A stretch of 63,757 bases of DNA from Catajapyx aquilonaris. Lineage: Eukaryota. Below are positions 12,301 through 25,664 of this stretch, piece after piece; positions within the stretch are counted from its first letter, which is position 1, and every line of letters starts with the position of its first letter. The notes beneath the pieces are model-generated. The model did no database searches. It was not told the origin of the DNA and saw only the letters and a program-made list of their open reading frames with translations. The position numbers and the translations under genes were made by a program. The stretch is taken from NCBI GenBank assembly GCA_000934665.2, contig JYFJ02001087.1, positions 62,001 to 125,757 of the forward strand. The letters are read 5' to 3'.

Positions 12301-15300
12301 GGCAGTATCTGAGAGTTACAATCTGCTGTGAATTTTCACTGTCATGTATCCTGCATAATGTGACAGAGAAACACTTGTTTGATGATACTTGAGGTGTCAT
12401 ATATTTTTTTAAACACAGTGACAAGAGTAATAATTGAAACAGAACGATTCTGGCCAGAAAAACTGAGCCCAATAATTTGCAATAATTTTTTTGCATTTAG
12501 AATTACGGTATATCAAAAATGTTTGACTATTAATGGCATTGTAAAATTGTGGTCATGTGCCAAGTGTGCATATTCAAAAGTTGGGTAAACTTTCAGATTT
12601 ATGATATAATTATTCGCTACAAGCAAAATATCGAACGTTTCTTAATTCATAACGGAAAGAGAGCAAACGACATTACCGGCGATATACGGCAAGGAATCAA
12701 AGAAACATTACCTGTAGTCGAGGCATAAAATTTTCATATTTTCCTCTTTTCCCCTCCGTGATGGAATTCTGCGGACCTTTGAGGGTTGGGAAACTGAGAA
12801 AAGCAAAGCCAAGCACTGATTGAAATTTAAAATTCCCTCTAGTGCAAACAGCAGGCGAATAATCTCGTAAGCTGTTGAAGTCAACGTCTCTTTTTTGGTG
12901 GTGGGGACACACACTTATGTGTATGAGAGGATTCCAAAATCAGATTCCAGAAGAGGTCGGGGGGGCCTTGAACACATCAGCACTGGTGGTGATGCTCTTG
13001 GAGGGGGTTACAGATTCGGACTTGAAGTAGGTCTTGTTTTGAGTAGGGAGCTGGGGTTTTGTGAAGGAGAGAAAAGGGTGGCGATGGTCCAGAAGCTGAT
13101 TTATTGGCCTCGGAGCGAACATCATCCGGCCTTGTTCCATCCTAACCCTGTCCCGTAAAATCGATGCAGGCTTCGGGTAGGGCGGCCCATTGCCGACCTG
13201 AAGGGGGCGCAGGGAAGACAAGTGACTCAAAAACTATAGCCAGCCAGCCCCCCCACACCAGTTCTCTCAGTGGCACCCTGGGATTGCAGGAAATTCGCCT
13301 CATTAGACCCCTGCCTCGATCCGCACCTTTCTTTGTCGCAGGTCAGGCCATTGATTTAATTAGAGCGCGACTGTTGGTCTCGAGGCATGGTTTTGCACTC
13401 TTCCGCTCGATGGCGGCACCTGCGCATGCGCACTTGCTCAGCAGCGCATGCGCAAGACCAGCCGGGAAGAATATGTCAAATGACGGGACATTTGACTACA
13501 AGTGATCACTTCTACTGATATTTGAAAATATCGGTGTAAGTACCCAACATTTGTATATTTATTTTCAGTGCACACTGCACAGTATTGGTTAACAAAGCCA
13601 ATCTGGACAAAATCAAACCAATTGCTGTAATCATTTGCAGAAACATGGTGATGGCTATTTTTCCATAGTCAGTGTCAAAATCGCTGGTATGCTGTGTCCC
13701 CAAGGCTAGAGTACTTGTTGTCCTAAAAAGTTTCATATCGGGAGCGGGGTCAATACGGGGCGCGAATGCCAATACCACTGCTCCATTTATTATTCGCAAT
13801 CGGTATTGCCTTGTGTTTGGTTCCCGATTCGGAAAGTCAATGTCTGCATTCACGTGCCTGCCCGAATTGAAAGGCATCCTCCCTTCTCTCTCTCTCTCTC
13901 TCTCGGTTTTTTTGTAATCGGTGACGTGCCAATTGGCATCAAAGGGTCAGAATGGTGGGCAAGAGGAGGAGGCGGCTGGGGGAGGACTGAACACACAGCA
14001 GTCCATTACAAGTTTGGTTCTATTTCCCCCAGGAACGGCAGTCTGGACATCCTCATCGGGGACACTCCTATCCTGGACTATTACATCGGACACAATCCCG
14101 GGTGCAAGCTCTGTAAAGTCGGGATTGTAGGAGAAACTATCGAGGATTCCTACGCCATCGGAATGACAAAGGGCTTTCCGCTCAAGGTATGCAGTGTTCT
14201 CTCAGCTCTGGAGCAGCTCGGATACACTGCGGTTTCACAGCACTGTTAACGTTGATTCGAACACAACAAGCTTATACGTTCCCAACAGCTCTAATTGACA
14301 TGTCAGCCTCTTTCCAAATAATTTAGCCCATGTTTCTTCAACTGTCCTGCTGCAACGGAATATACCGTTTCAGGACACCATCTCGACTCTGATAGTGAAG
14401 TACACTGCGAATGGTCATCTGGACTACCTTCATGGGAAGTGGTACGGTTCCCTTCCGTGTCTCCGACTGGCCGCCGATCTTCCGGCGCCTCAGCCCCTGG
14501 ACGTGGAGGCCGTCGCGGGCGTCTTCACCATGCTGGGCGTCGGAATGATCGTCGGCTGTCTGATCCTGATACTGGAGCATCTAGTCTACAAGCACGCGCT
14601 GCCTGTCCTCAGGAACAAGCCCAAGGGAACTATATGGCGCAGCCCCAATCTCATGTTTTTCAGTCAGGTGAGTAGAAGAGTAGGCTATTCACTCCTCATT
14701 TGGGACTTTTTTTTTTTGCTTTTTTGACAAAAAAAGGAGGGTTTATCGACCCAAGCCCTGGCTTTGGATTAGGCCGAAATGCGACAGCCTACTTTGATCA
14801 AGTGGCGCCGTGACTGCCATATTGGATCGGGATTTCCACCAAGTGATCAGGAAACTCCGTGACAGCCATCTTTGATTGAGTGACGCCCTATAATGGACGT
14901 GAGTTTTTTTTTGTGTGCCATGGTACTTTTAGGTTAGGGAAAATTCAAGTTCTATCATGTAAAAATTACGTACCGGTACTAAACTGACTGGATTCAGCAG
15001 CTTTGGCCCGGTGTGACAATGGCGGAATATATGCAAATTGTTTATATCTGAAAGGGTTTGGTTCCCTTCTGGCTATTATTCGGTTGCTGCTGTCAGCTGG
15101 CTGATTAAATGTGCAAACAGGGTCAGGTCCTCAGGGTACCATTACCCGCATCCTATGCCATGTATCATCAGGACCACCAGCGCTTATCCGGCTCAGATTT
15201 GGATCCTACAGTTTAAAACCCGATTGTACTATTTCCTCGCAAAAAGGCCTGCCACATAATGAGATGTAATGTTGGAAAATCTAGCTTTGCATATTATTAT

Positions 15301-18300
15301 TTGAAGTTGTACTAGTCTGCAAAACTCTGTTGGTTGTGGACAAGTTGACCGCAATTTTGACCATGTTTACATAGTAATAATAATTGACCGTATACCGTAG
15401 ACAGCTGGCAAATACGGTGGTTTTGTCTGTATTATTGAATTTGTACCAATATGTACTGTATTAGGTGTGATTGCAATTGCGGTTTTCATGGCGGTCGTGT
15501 TGATGAACGTTCCGGGTGGTTTGCTCCAGCCCTAAATGTGGCCACCACATGACTATGTTCCTTGATATTCATAACAGACGTAATTATATGAAGGCTGGAA
15601 AAAATTTCGAGTAGAAGGGGGTTACGTTGTTGAGTTAATTAACAGGGAGTGGGAGGGATGATGGTACTCACTGGGCGCTGATTTAGTGAAGCTGTATGTG
15701 CCAGGCCGGACCACCTTTATGAGCTAAATTTGCGATGGCTGCTGCTGGCCTGGTCGCTGTTACACATGCAAATCCGCTTGTTGACAAGGACTGCTTTGCA
15801 ATTTGTCTCGCCAAGATATCTCGGCCCTAACGACCCGGCCCAATTAAACGTCACCAATAATGCAGGGTCAAAAGATATGCGCCGCTCTGATTGAAATATC
15901 ATCCCATTTGGACGGTTACGGGCAGAACTAATCTTTCCGGAATTATGGCTTCCTTATGAGCCCGGATTTGCCTGGTTATCTGCTGTGTTTTCCTCTGCTG
16001 ACAGATTACAATATTATGATGATAAACCGAACTGCAGCCGTACTGTACAATTTATACTCAAGGAAGTAGTACTACAGTGTCATTCATCAGATGCACGAGG
16101 CTATGATTAATGAGAGGATGCATCTGGTTAATATTGTAGATATCGTGCCACGATTTAGTTAAGCACATGACCGTTTGTGATTTAAATCAATTTTGTGCCA
16201 CCAGGTATGTCTCTGCAAGTATAGGCACTTACAGTTTATGCATTCATAAAATCTATCACATTTGCCTATAGGGTATAGTCAGCGATACAACAGAAGCAAC
16301 CCGACACATCAACCCGTTCAGTGTGCTCGATCGGATTGGAGAATTTATCTGGATCGAGTCGTCTGGATTCAACTCTCGTAGTGTAATCGACAGTCCTGTT
16401 TCACGTGAGAATCCGGGCAGTCCATCAGCACAGGGAGCGACACCGGGTATAGGCTCTTGATTATGGAAAACACCGAGCTGCACTCTGCCAAAGTGGGCCT
16501 CCTCATCCAGGATTATTCCTCGGTAGAGGGCAAATATAGGGAAGGAAAAAACTTTGGCCAACAATGCATTTTGTAACATGGATAATCTTGGCTGATTCTT
16601 ACGTCAGAATATGTCATAAAGATCCGATTATTTGGTAATAGACATGTTTAAAAAATAAAAGTTAATCCTTAAGAAGTAGTCCAAGCTAAAAAAAATGTCA
16701 TTTTCGTGAATATCCTTAAGAATATCCTTAAAAAGAAAAATAATAATAAATTGCCTGGCTCCTCTTTTTTTGCCTGGAGTAATCCATCCCTCGGCATTAT
16801 GCAATTATTATGGGGCCGAGGGGTGTTTGCCTGGTAGAAATGAATGGATGCCGTCAGCTTTCTCGCCTGGCCTGTCCCGAATTAAGGCAAAAGGAGAAAA
16901 GAGATCCTGTGAGTTATGGCCACTCACTTATGAGGCCAACCCACTACTTGGAGTCAGGAGGAGATTTTCCAACAACCGGGTACAAACCCGCCCCGGGCCT
17001 AAGTAAGCAGCCTAATTTCACGTCAGACAAGGTTTTCTTGGCCTGGCTTCAAGTTCGCGACTTCCTTTCCTGTGCTTTACGTTGTTGGATGATGGCCAGG
17101 TAAATCGATTGGAGGTGTTCGCTTATGAGGTGTTACTGGACCCAGTGATGGAATTTAAAACTGGTCTGAGTGACAAAGGGGTCACATCTGAGATCTTGGA
17201 ATGGGCTTTCAGGCTTAAAAGGCTCTTCGTGAGATTGGCATTTTTATGATGTAATAGTGGGCAACTTTATACGTCGGTAGTTTTTTAAGCAGTTACATTC
17301 AGACGGGAAATAATTATGTGTGAAAAACGTTGAGCTATTGGGTGCAATGTGCAAAGTGTGGATGCGATTGCATAAGATCAACTCGTCCAATCAAGCCTAA
17401 AACTAATTAAAAATCATTGTAAAATGAACTTATTTTTCGAGATATTATACCATATTAGGGTAAATTATCAGTACAAACAAGCATTTTTCTATGAAATGAG
17501 TCGTCAGCGATGAACCAAATGACGCCAGTTATAACTTACAAATAATTAAAATACATTTACGCTGTACTGGCATGTATTTCAAAAATCTGGGTAACCTCGT
17601 GTAAAGCAGTAGCCTACACAAAATTAATCCTTATTAAATTTATTCAGGCAGACATAAAGCATTCAAAAAGGCGTACAAAAATAAATTAATATTTAACGCA
17701 CTTATAGCATATGCAACAACAATGACAATAACAACAGATTATCCAGTTGAACCAGAAACCACTGAAAACAATATAAAGAATAGGATGGAGGATCACCTAT
17801 TGTTTCTTACGCTATTGCCACCGATTTTCCGTTTTCAATCAATTTTCGTCGGGAAGTAATAGAAATAGAAATTTATGATCCGATTTTCAGTTTCCAAAAG
17901 TTTTCCGAATCGACTTGAGACCGTGGCGTTGTGCCTTCTCCCCTCGGTCGTATTTTCCAACTGCAAAGATTCACTGCCACAATTTTTGGCTCCCCAACCA
18001 CCTACCCACCCCCTTCACCACTGATCCCACATCCTCTTTTATTTTTTCTCCTCTCACCATCAGCACTATAGAGCGGCATTACAGTAATCGGATGTGAGGA
18101 GTTCAGGATAGGATGGGATCAGACCTGTATCAAAACGCCGCAGACATGAGTGCAGACATGCTGATATCTATTGCGTCCAACTCTCTCTATATATAATATT
18201 TTTCTCATCCTATCATTCTATTTCTTGGAAGATTTTTTTTTTGTCAGCACAGAATTTGCAGCTCTGCATAATGAAAGGGCGGGCAGATAGTGTCAGTCGC

Positions 18301-21300
18301 ATAAGGCCAGCTGGTTTGGAATTGGATCAATCGAAGCCACTCCAATGAGCGAATTTGAATTCTGAATGAGGCTGATGAGGATGAAACAGCTGCTTCTGCA
18401 GAATCCACATAGTACACTATAGGAAGCTCCCCTTTTGCACTCTGTCTTATCCAGGTCCACGTAGTTTTAGCAGAAAATTAATATAACGCATATATTCTGA
18501 GGCAATGACATGATTTGCTTAGCGATTTAAAGGGACTGTATGAAAAGTACAGTCTGCAGAATAAGTGTTGAAAATAACTAATAGTGCTTCTCTGTCAATT
18601 TTTGCGTCATTAAAAATTTGGATTAAACCAACCTCATAATTATGATGCAGCTTATTAATATATTAGCTGAAAAGGTCCGTGGAAAAATGTAGCTCGGTTT
18701 CACAGCATTATTTTGGTGTGCAAAAAATGCGCAAAATAATGGCCCAACACTCTGATCGGCATCATGTCAATATTACATAAATCACACAAGGAATTGGCAT
18801 TCAACACACAAAATCATTCTAATATTGGGCACACAGATTCGACAGAAATGTTTAAAAAGTACTGCTGATAACTTGTGCAAAGCGTGTGCCGGTTGATAGT
18901 GTGGTTTTACATCCTAATGAACAACCTCGCTGCATACCAGGGTATAATATACACCGTTGACAATGTGGAAAGTTTAAGCCAGCAGCATAAATTGTGCGGC
19001 GGTAGAGCCCTTTCATATCCATCTAGGGTTTTAAAGCGAAACCAAAAAATAAGAGAGGGGGTAGCCTTTGTAACTCAGTCGATGATGGCATAAAGAAAAG
19101 TTATGCTAATTGCATCAAAAATGCTGCCTCTGGTTTCCCACTTAACGACTTTATTATACTGTACCCTTTGTGCTCTGAGCACATTCAAAGTAAACTTTCA
19201 AGTGCGTGTGTTGCAGCTGGTGCATGTGTCAACAAACGTTTGTTGTCACTATACGGACACTGAAGTAGTTACATGAAGAACTTGGAGAGATACAAAATTC
19301 CGCTTGGGCGATTTAAAAAAAATTAGAATTAAATACTGGCATTTCAATATTGTTATAACTTATTTTACAGTCAATACTTATAGGTCTAATAGAAGTCTCC
19401 AATTTATCTCGTAAAATATAAAGCCATGGAATGCTCCAGCAAAAAATCGCACAAGTGAATCTTGTCCTGATAACTGTTAGTTTTACTCTGCCTCTTGTTA
19501 GTCTTACAGGATGAATCTTGAGTCGTTGATCAATCAGAGGAACAAAAGAGCAAAAAGCAATTTGTCTGGCGACGATTCGCGAAGGCTTTGTTGGTTTAAC
19601 GGCCATCAGAAGGAGGCAATTTTTTAGCAGTTCCTTCCCCCCCCTCCCCGAAAACGGAAATGTCCATTTCCACCCCCCTACCCTGCCAGCGATTTATAGA
19701 ATCCCATTTGATCTCAGTAGCAAATGAACATCATCTTTCCATCATGGCGATGGTATTGGTTTCTCCCCACCAAAGATGATTTTTATCTCCTCCACTCCAC
19801 CCCAGGAGAGGAAAACAAACATAAAAGACGAGTGCTGGTGTGGGTGTGGGAGGCGAATCGGCCGAAGAGATCGATACACAATTCGGATCTATAGGCAATA
19901 TCCAGTTGTAGGTGGGTCCCACGAGCCTCGTCTAGGAGACCGAAGGAACCGAAACACTCTAATCCAGTTAAGGGCGTTGAGAAGTTTCCTTTGGCGCCGG
20001 CCCGGACCCATTTTTTATTATTCCTCCTCAACCCTTACTCCTTTTCTCTCTCTTTTTTATTCTTATCTCCTCTAGGACACCTGCTGCTAAGCATCCAAGT
20101 GGCCTCCTTTCCACCCTTGATTGTGACTACAGCGAGCCATTTTACTCCTTTTTTCATCTCTCTCTGTCTCTCTTGCAGAAGCTGTACCGTTTCATAAACT
20201 GTGTGGAGTTGGTCTCGCCTCATCATGCGGCCAAGGAATTGGTCAAAACCATCCGGGCTGGACAGATCACCAGCCTTTTCCAGAAGAGCGTCAAGAGGGT
20301 GAGTATTGCTCTTGGAACTGGTTTTCCCCACTGGAGACAAAATCGCCTTGAATTTTTACAGTATAGAATCCACTCAACTCACTGTCAGTGCAAATCCACA
20401 TTGCATTAAATTTGCTAACAAATGGGGTATGAAATTAAGCCGTGTCCATTGATTTTTAAATAATATTATCTGCAGACTAGACCTTCCCTATATACGATTC
20501 CATCCGAATGTCACTGAAAATATTTTTGATAACTCCTAAAGTGCTGGCAGCTTTTCGTGCTAAGCAAATGCCTACTAAAATGGACACCTCAGTTGGAACA
20601 CACTGTACAGGAGTAAGTACAGCATAAAGGCCTCCAAGTGCTGTGCTTGAGTGATGCCTCAGGTGTGCGGTAGGGCGTAAGGAGCTTTCACATCAAGTGC
20701 AAGCTTGAGCTTAAACCCATGGAAGATGTGAATTTCAGAGCCAACGGATAATGTATATCCATCTATATATATTTTGTAAGCTGCAGGAGGTACAGCAAAG
20801 ATCTGGCAAAAGGCCAGGAGGACAGGGACGCAATAAGTGAAACCGGACGGAAGGTCGTAGAACACTATTATCCGATCGGAATGGTTTGCTTGTAATAACA
20901 CAAAGAGCAGCGAATTGCCAGGGCGGTGTAATGCCATGTCTCTGGAGGCCTAGTTCCCTCTCTCCTCTTTTTTTTGTCAATAGGTCCTTGTGTGTGAAAT
21001 GGCGGAAACAGATGAAACGTGTTCATTTTTGAAGCGTCCAGACCTGCCTCCAAACGAGTGCCCGATCACGATAAATCCGGGTCACTTCAACATGTCACGA
21101 GCACATGCTTCTGGTGTCATTTGTTTGCGCAGTGTCAGATCAGACCATTTTTCCTGACGCATTTTTGTAGTGTCCTGACCCCTCGGGGGCGTAAAAGCAA
21201 TCAGGCCCGAAATGAATGAAAAGAAATTGGGTCGCTTCTCGCTCCTACCGTAATTACGTTCTCGCTGATAAAAGGATTACGTTCATTATGGAAATAAGCA

Positions 21301-24300
21301 GACACGGCTGCATGCAGTGAGGGGAGAAAATTTGTCATTGTCAATCTCGATAGGACTGACAGCCTGTCCTGGGACAGGACAAAAAAAAATAGACCATAAG
21401 CCCACCTGTTTGCGTGGGAATTGCATTTCGAATTACTCTCGCCCACAGAACGCTTTGGCCCAAATTTAGGACTTGAATTGCAAACACGGACAAACACATT
21501 TGCAGCATCTGCTATTCTCTGTGAGATAGATGCACTGCCTTTGTCTCGATCAGTCATGCCACAGACGCCAGATGTCATTCACGTCGCTCCGTTTTACCAG
21601 GCACGAGTGGTCGATACATTTTGGGCGCCACCATTTTTTTTTCTGGACTACCTCGATACATTCATCTGACTGTGAGGAGTGAATGCGAAAATGTATATCT
21701 TGAGAGAGAGCGTCCTTTCTTCATCGGCAGGGCGGACACGTTTTTCGTTTTACCTCTTGCTTCCGCAGGTTGCTCCTGCTCGGTCCTGGAAAACCCTGAA
21801 GGGCAGGCGTGAAATAATGGAAGTTGCCTGGTCCCCATGCAGAATAATTCGCGAATCCAGCCCAACGAACGCTCAAGATAGCAGATAGTCGACTAGTAAT
21901 GCGCCGCCCCCCGATCTTCCGCGCACTTGGCTATTCAGTGAAAGCACTGGAATACCAGATTTTGTGTGCATGAAGTTTGAGTGCATACATTTTTTTTAGA
22001 TAAAATTGGGACGGTCTTTCATACCCTTTAGAAAAACAGTCAGACAGATGTCAAGCCCGCAAAAAAAAATCGCTGACCTTTAGAGTGTCTTTTATTGATG
22101 TGATGGCCAAAACTACAATATTGGACCACAAATAGGTTAATAGACCCGTTCATGTTGCTCTTTTATCAAAAAATTGGTGCAGCCTTTTCAACTACTTTTT
22201 TTTGCCACTTCTGTAGCGTGTTTCCTCTCTTCCTTTTTTGTGAGATGATCAAAGATAACCACGAGCAGCTGGAATTTTTCCCTTCACACTGGATTTTCAA
22301 TTCCACTGTCTGTCTGGAGTTCTGGAGTTTGCTCCTCTCTTTTTTTTACATATCTGAACACAAACAGAAGCTCATCCAACACGCCTCTATTTGGCTTGAC
22401 AGCTAGATGTTTCGGAGAGGAAAAGTGGGAAAATCCTCCATGTCGTGAAGGAGACCTCTCGAATATTTTATGCCTCAAGCACTGTTTCGGATGTACTGTA
22501 TAGGTGCTGCATTTTTATGCGGTGTGACAAGGCACTTGACACTTCCATACCTTGTTCATACGCTGTAATGAAACTGCAAAGTTGCAGCTAGCACTATAGG
22601 TAGACACATAGGCATATACAAATGATTCATCAACCATATAATAGCTATGAACTCTCCGTGTGCTCTGCAGTAACTAAAATGGATCTAAACGGATTTGGGC
22701 TCTGCGCAACGATATTGCTGCATTTATCCATTAACATTATTGCCAATACGCGAAACATGTATTTATAGTATTGCCAAAATTGCTGTTTATCGTCGAACCG
22801 GAGGAATCAATCAACGGCAGGGGATGCGTGCTCATTGGGAATCCATGTGTATCTCTATTTATTAATTAATGACAACATGTGTTTATCCATCGACTACCAG
22901 CAATACAAACGATTGCTTCTGTTGGGGGTTGGGGGCAGGTGGCAGGTGGAAGGGGGGTGGGGGAGGCTTTTATTGCAACTAATGACATTGCTGCGTTGGG
23001 CTGCTCACTCATGTTATTGACGCACAATTAGCAGCCCTGTAAAGTTCAGTTAATCCCTATCCGGCTTTGTATCTGTACATGATGGAGCAGCAGTGCTCTC
23101 ACAACTGGCTATATATACAGGGGAATAAACCGTGCTTTGATATTGTTGTTGTTAAAAAATTAATGTCCCTCTTTGTATGTATTTTGTGCTCAGTTCCAGC
23201 CAAATTGAGCAGCGGCACAGAGCGAGACTTGGCCCCCAGTGAAACCGGGTCCAAATTAATACTTGCGGAGATCGATAGGTTCCTAGTCCGGAAATAAATG
23301 AAAATGGGAGAATAAATGGCGGCTGGCAATTGAACCGATTCGGGACGCCTAGGTCGCAGTCTATCTCTTCGGAGCAGATTCCGGGAATGTGGGTCACTAT
23401 CATTCCTATCCCCCGCCATCCGTTTCAGCTCCGGATGTACACACACACACATACACCCAATATATAAGAAACCTGATTTCCATAAAGGCGGTCTCTCAGC
23501 AGAATTCAATTTGTCCCTTTCGGAAAGGAAACGTAAATATTTATAATATTGCCCCCCTGCTAAGTTAGTATGCCAAGTGACGATCCACCAGCCCCAGGGG
23601 TTATCTAACTGTCTGTGATAAACTATTGCTTTTAACGGTGCTGCATACTGGAGCAGTCTGATTCCAGGAAATGACGGTTTGACCTGATAGATGACCTGAT
23701 TTTTCCACACTTGAAATTCACGAACTCCTTTTGAAATGACAGTTTTTATCAGCTGACTCAGTCAATTGGTTCTTAGTGTAATTTCTCAGTCGATTTGAGT
23801 GTAATTAACCTGTCATTCAAATCGACAGAACTGTAATATAATTGAGTTAGTCAGTTGAAATGGATATTCCAACTAATACTGGTCTGTCAATAATTATTGA
23901 AAAAGGCGTACTAATAATCACTCAAAATATTAAGAAAGTGGAATCATCTTATGTGTACAAACCAGAGGAAATCCTGATCGTATAGATTGATTTTTAAAAA
24001 ATATTGCCTGTAAAAGTAGTCGTGTCTACTATCAGTCTAGTGCAACTCAGAATGGCTGCTAATATAGGAGCCATTTTTCCATGTCTCGCTGGAAGGACAT
24101 TATCTCTGGAGTGAAAGGGGGTGTATATTAAAATCGGGGAATATTGGCCCAGATCAGAAGGATGGAAGATAAAAAGAGACAAGTAGAGCTGCAGCCGACG
24201 GTATAATGTGCAGGAAAAAAAGGGAAGGAGTTGAGGTTGAAGCCTTATCCGGTTCCACTCGGATTTATCGATTGTTTCTTATGCTAATCCCACTTATTTC

Positions 24301-25465
24301 CTTTCCTATTCTCTTCCGCACTGAAGAAAGAAAACGAGCAGCGACGTCGCCGGAAAAGCAAGGCCCAGTTCTTTGAGATGATCCAGGAGATACGAAGGTG
24401 GGGAAATTATGCATGACACTTTCCCCGGAACACCCTTGTTCCCCTACCACCCTGAATCCCACTTTTTGGCCATGAATGATGTATAGCTCTGTTAACCGGG
24501 TGTGTGCTAACTGACATGGCAGGGTTCAGAAGCTGGAGCGGGAGCAGTCGACGGTGACGGAGGAGATCTTCACCATCCAGGCCGAACCGGAGGAAGGGGA
24601 GGTGATCCGCCCCGGGGCGCTCAAGAAGGAGAATCCGGGGCGGAGAGACAGCATGGAGCGGGACAAGCTGGTCAAGCATGTGTGCCTCAGGCTGCCTGCA
24701 TCCGGAGGATCTCCGGAGGTCTTCCAAGTGCTTCCAGGGGAAAATGGCGAAAGAAGAATCAACAGGGACGAGGAGGAGGAGGAGGAGGAAGAGGAGTCCA
24801 AAGGGGCTGCCCCGGGGCCATGCCCGCCCTCGCCGTCATCCAGCGGGTCGTCCAGGTCGTCCAGGGCACATTCCAGGGAGGGCATGGTGCCAGGAGTCGA
24901 AGGGCTGCCGGCTCCACCGTCGCCTTTCCAGCCGTCGCCATCGTTCCTGGAGCGTCGGTGGAGGAAGCAACCACTAGCTGCGACCTCATCCAACGCGACC
25001 GACCCAGGAGAAGGTCGCAGCAGGGCCCCATCCTTCCAGGAAGAAGCGGGAAGGCTCAGATTTTACCCAAGGTGAGGCGCATTCCTCTGAGTCCATGCGC
25101 GCGCACGGTCCTGCACCTGCGCGCGCAGAGCCTCATGCGCACGCAGGCTAGAACCTAACATAACATGCTCGAACATGCCGATAACGTGTTATTTCAGCTT
25201 GGAGGACGTTCGTGGCGGCTTCAGTGCGGGGTACGACGAGCCTGGTCGCAAATCGAGCGCGGAGATCAGCTCGGACACGTCCCCTGTGCTGTGCTCGGTG
25301 ATCGACGACGCCAACTTGTGTGCACTGAGCAAGGAGGAGATCATCTCGCTGTGGAGAACATCGGAGCTGGACCTCCGCCGACAGCTGTTTAGGGCCCTCC
25401 AGCAAAGAGAAGAGCTGGTGCAGAGGGTGAGGCAGCTGGAGAAGGACCTTCCCGAACCGCCCTGA
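399..25465 (+). CDS. Ionotropic glutamate receptor, NMDA GluN3-like subunit (arthropod NMDAR3); 5'-partial, 10 coding exons in window
   Basis: Phase-consistent GT-AG exons: 399-617 (alternative acceptor at 408 possible; S1: CCYGFAMDLL...WNGLVADL...TRSE), 1842-2129 (VLDYSVPF, M1, YEWLSPFGLNPWGR, M2), 4423-4569 (APKSWPNKFL, M3 SYTAKIAA), 7930-8063 (S2 start LLTQKVGSVRNSAADFY), 14033-14186 (GDTPILDY...YAIGM), 14374-14667 (LHGKWY, M4), 20179-20298, 24327-24397 (KENEQRRRRKSKAQFFEMIQEIR), 24523-25071, 25198-25465 (terminal coiled-coil-like segment, TGA). The YEWxSPFGLxPxGR...SSAL...PKxW pattern matches GluN3 rather than GluN1/GluN2. Confidence 0.9.
2358..2482. mobile_element. Degenerate short MITE-like element with Tc1/mariner-type ends
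   Basis: Imperfect terminal inverted repeats AGGGTGTCCGGATAATTATGAAAA (2358-2381) versus reverse complement of 2459-2482 AGGGTGCCCGTATAATGACGATAA, 19/24 identical, around an AT-rich core. Confidence 0.4.
13421..13454. promoter_or_regulatory. Pair of NRF1/Ewg-type GCGCATGCGC palindromic sites in an NMDAR intron
   Basis: TGCGCATGCGCA at 13421-13432 and AGCGCATGCGCA at 13443-13454, 22 bp apart. Confidence 0.35.
23749..23858. repeat. Imperfect nested inverted repeat (hairpin or decayed MITE)
   Basis: Outer arms TCAGCTGACTCAGTCAATT and AATTGAGTTAGTCAGTTGA (16/19 complementary); inner arms GTCGATTTGAGTG and CATTCAAATCGAC. Confidence 0.45.
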
Positions 25466-25630
25466 CATGTCTAGGACGCAAAATCTCGGGAATTTGGTTC
25501 ATTTTTGTCCAGCAGCGCCCCCCAATCACGTTACCACATATAATTACCACTAATTAACCAGCAGAGGCAGCAGGGTCTTTTTGCCATGAAGCAAAAGATG
25601 GAGGTTTCCAGTGGATTGTTTTTTCACCTC

Positions 25631-25664
<34 letters not shown>

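Noticed and set aside
23099..23710. 203-aa minus-strand ORF
   Set aside because: No recognisable motif; includes a CA microsatellite; intronic.
24407..25468. Several overlapping ORFs on both strands
   Set aside because: Shadow frames of the GC-rich, low-complexity NMDAR C-tail exons.
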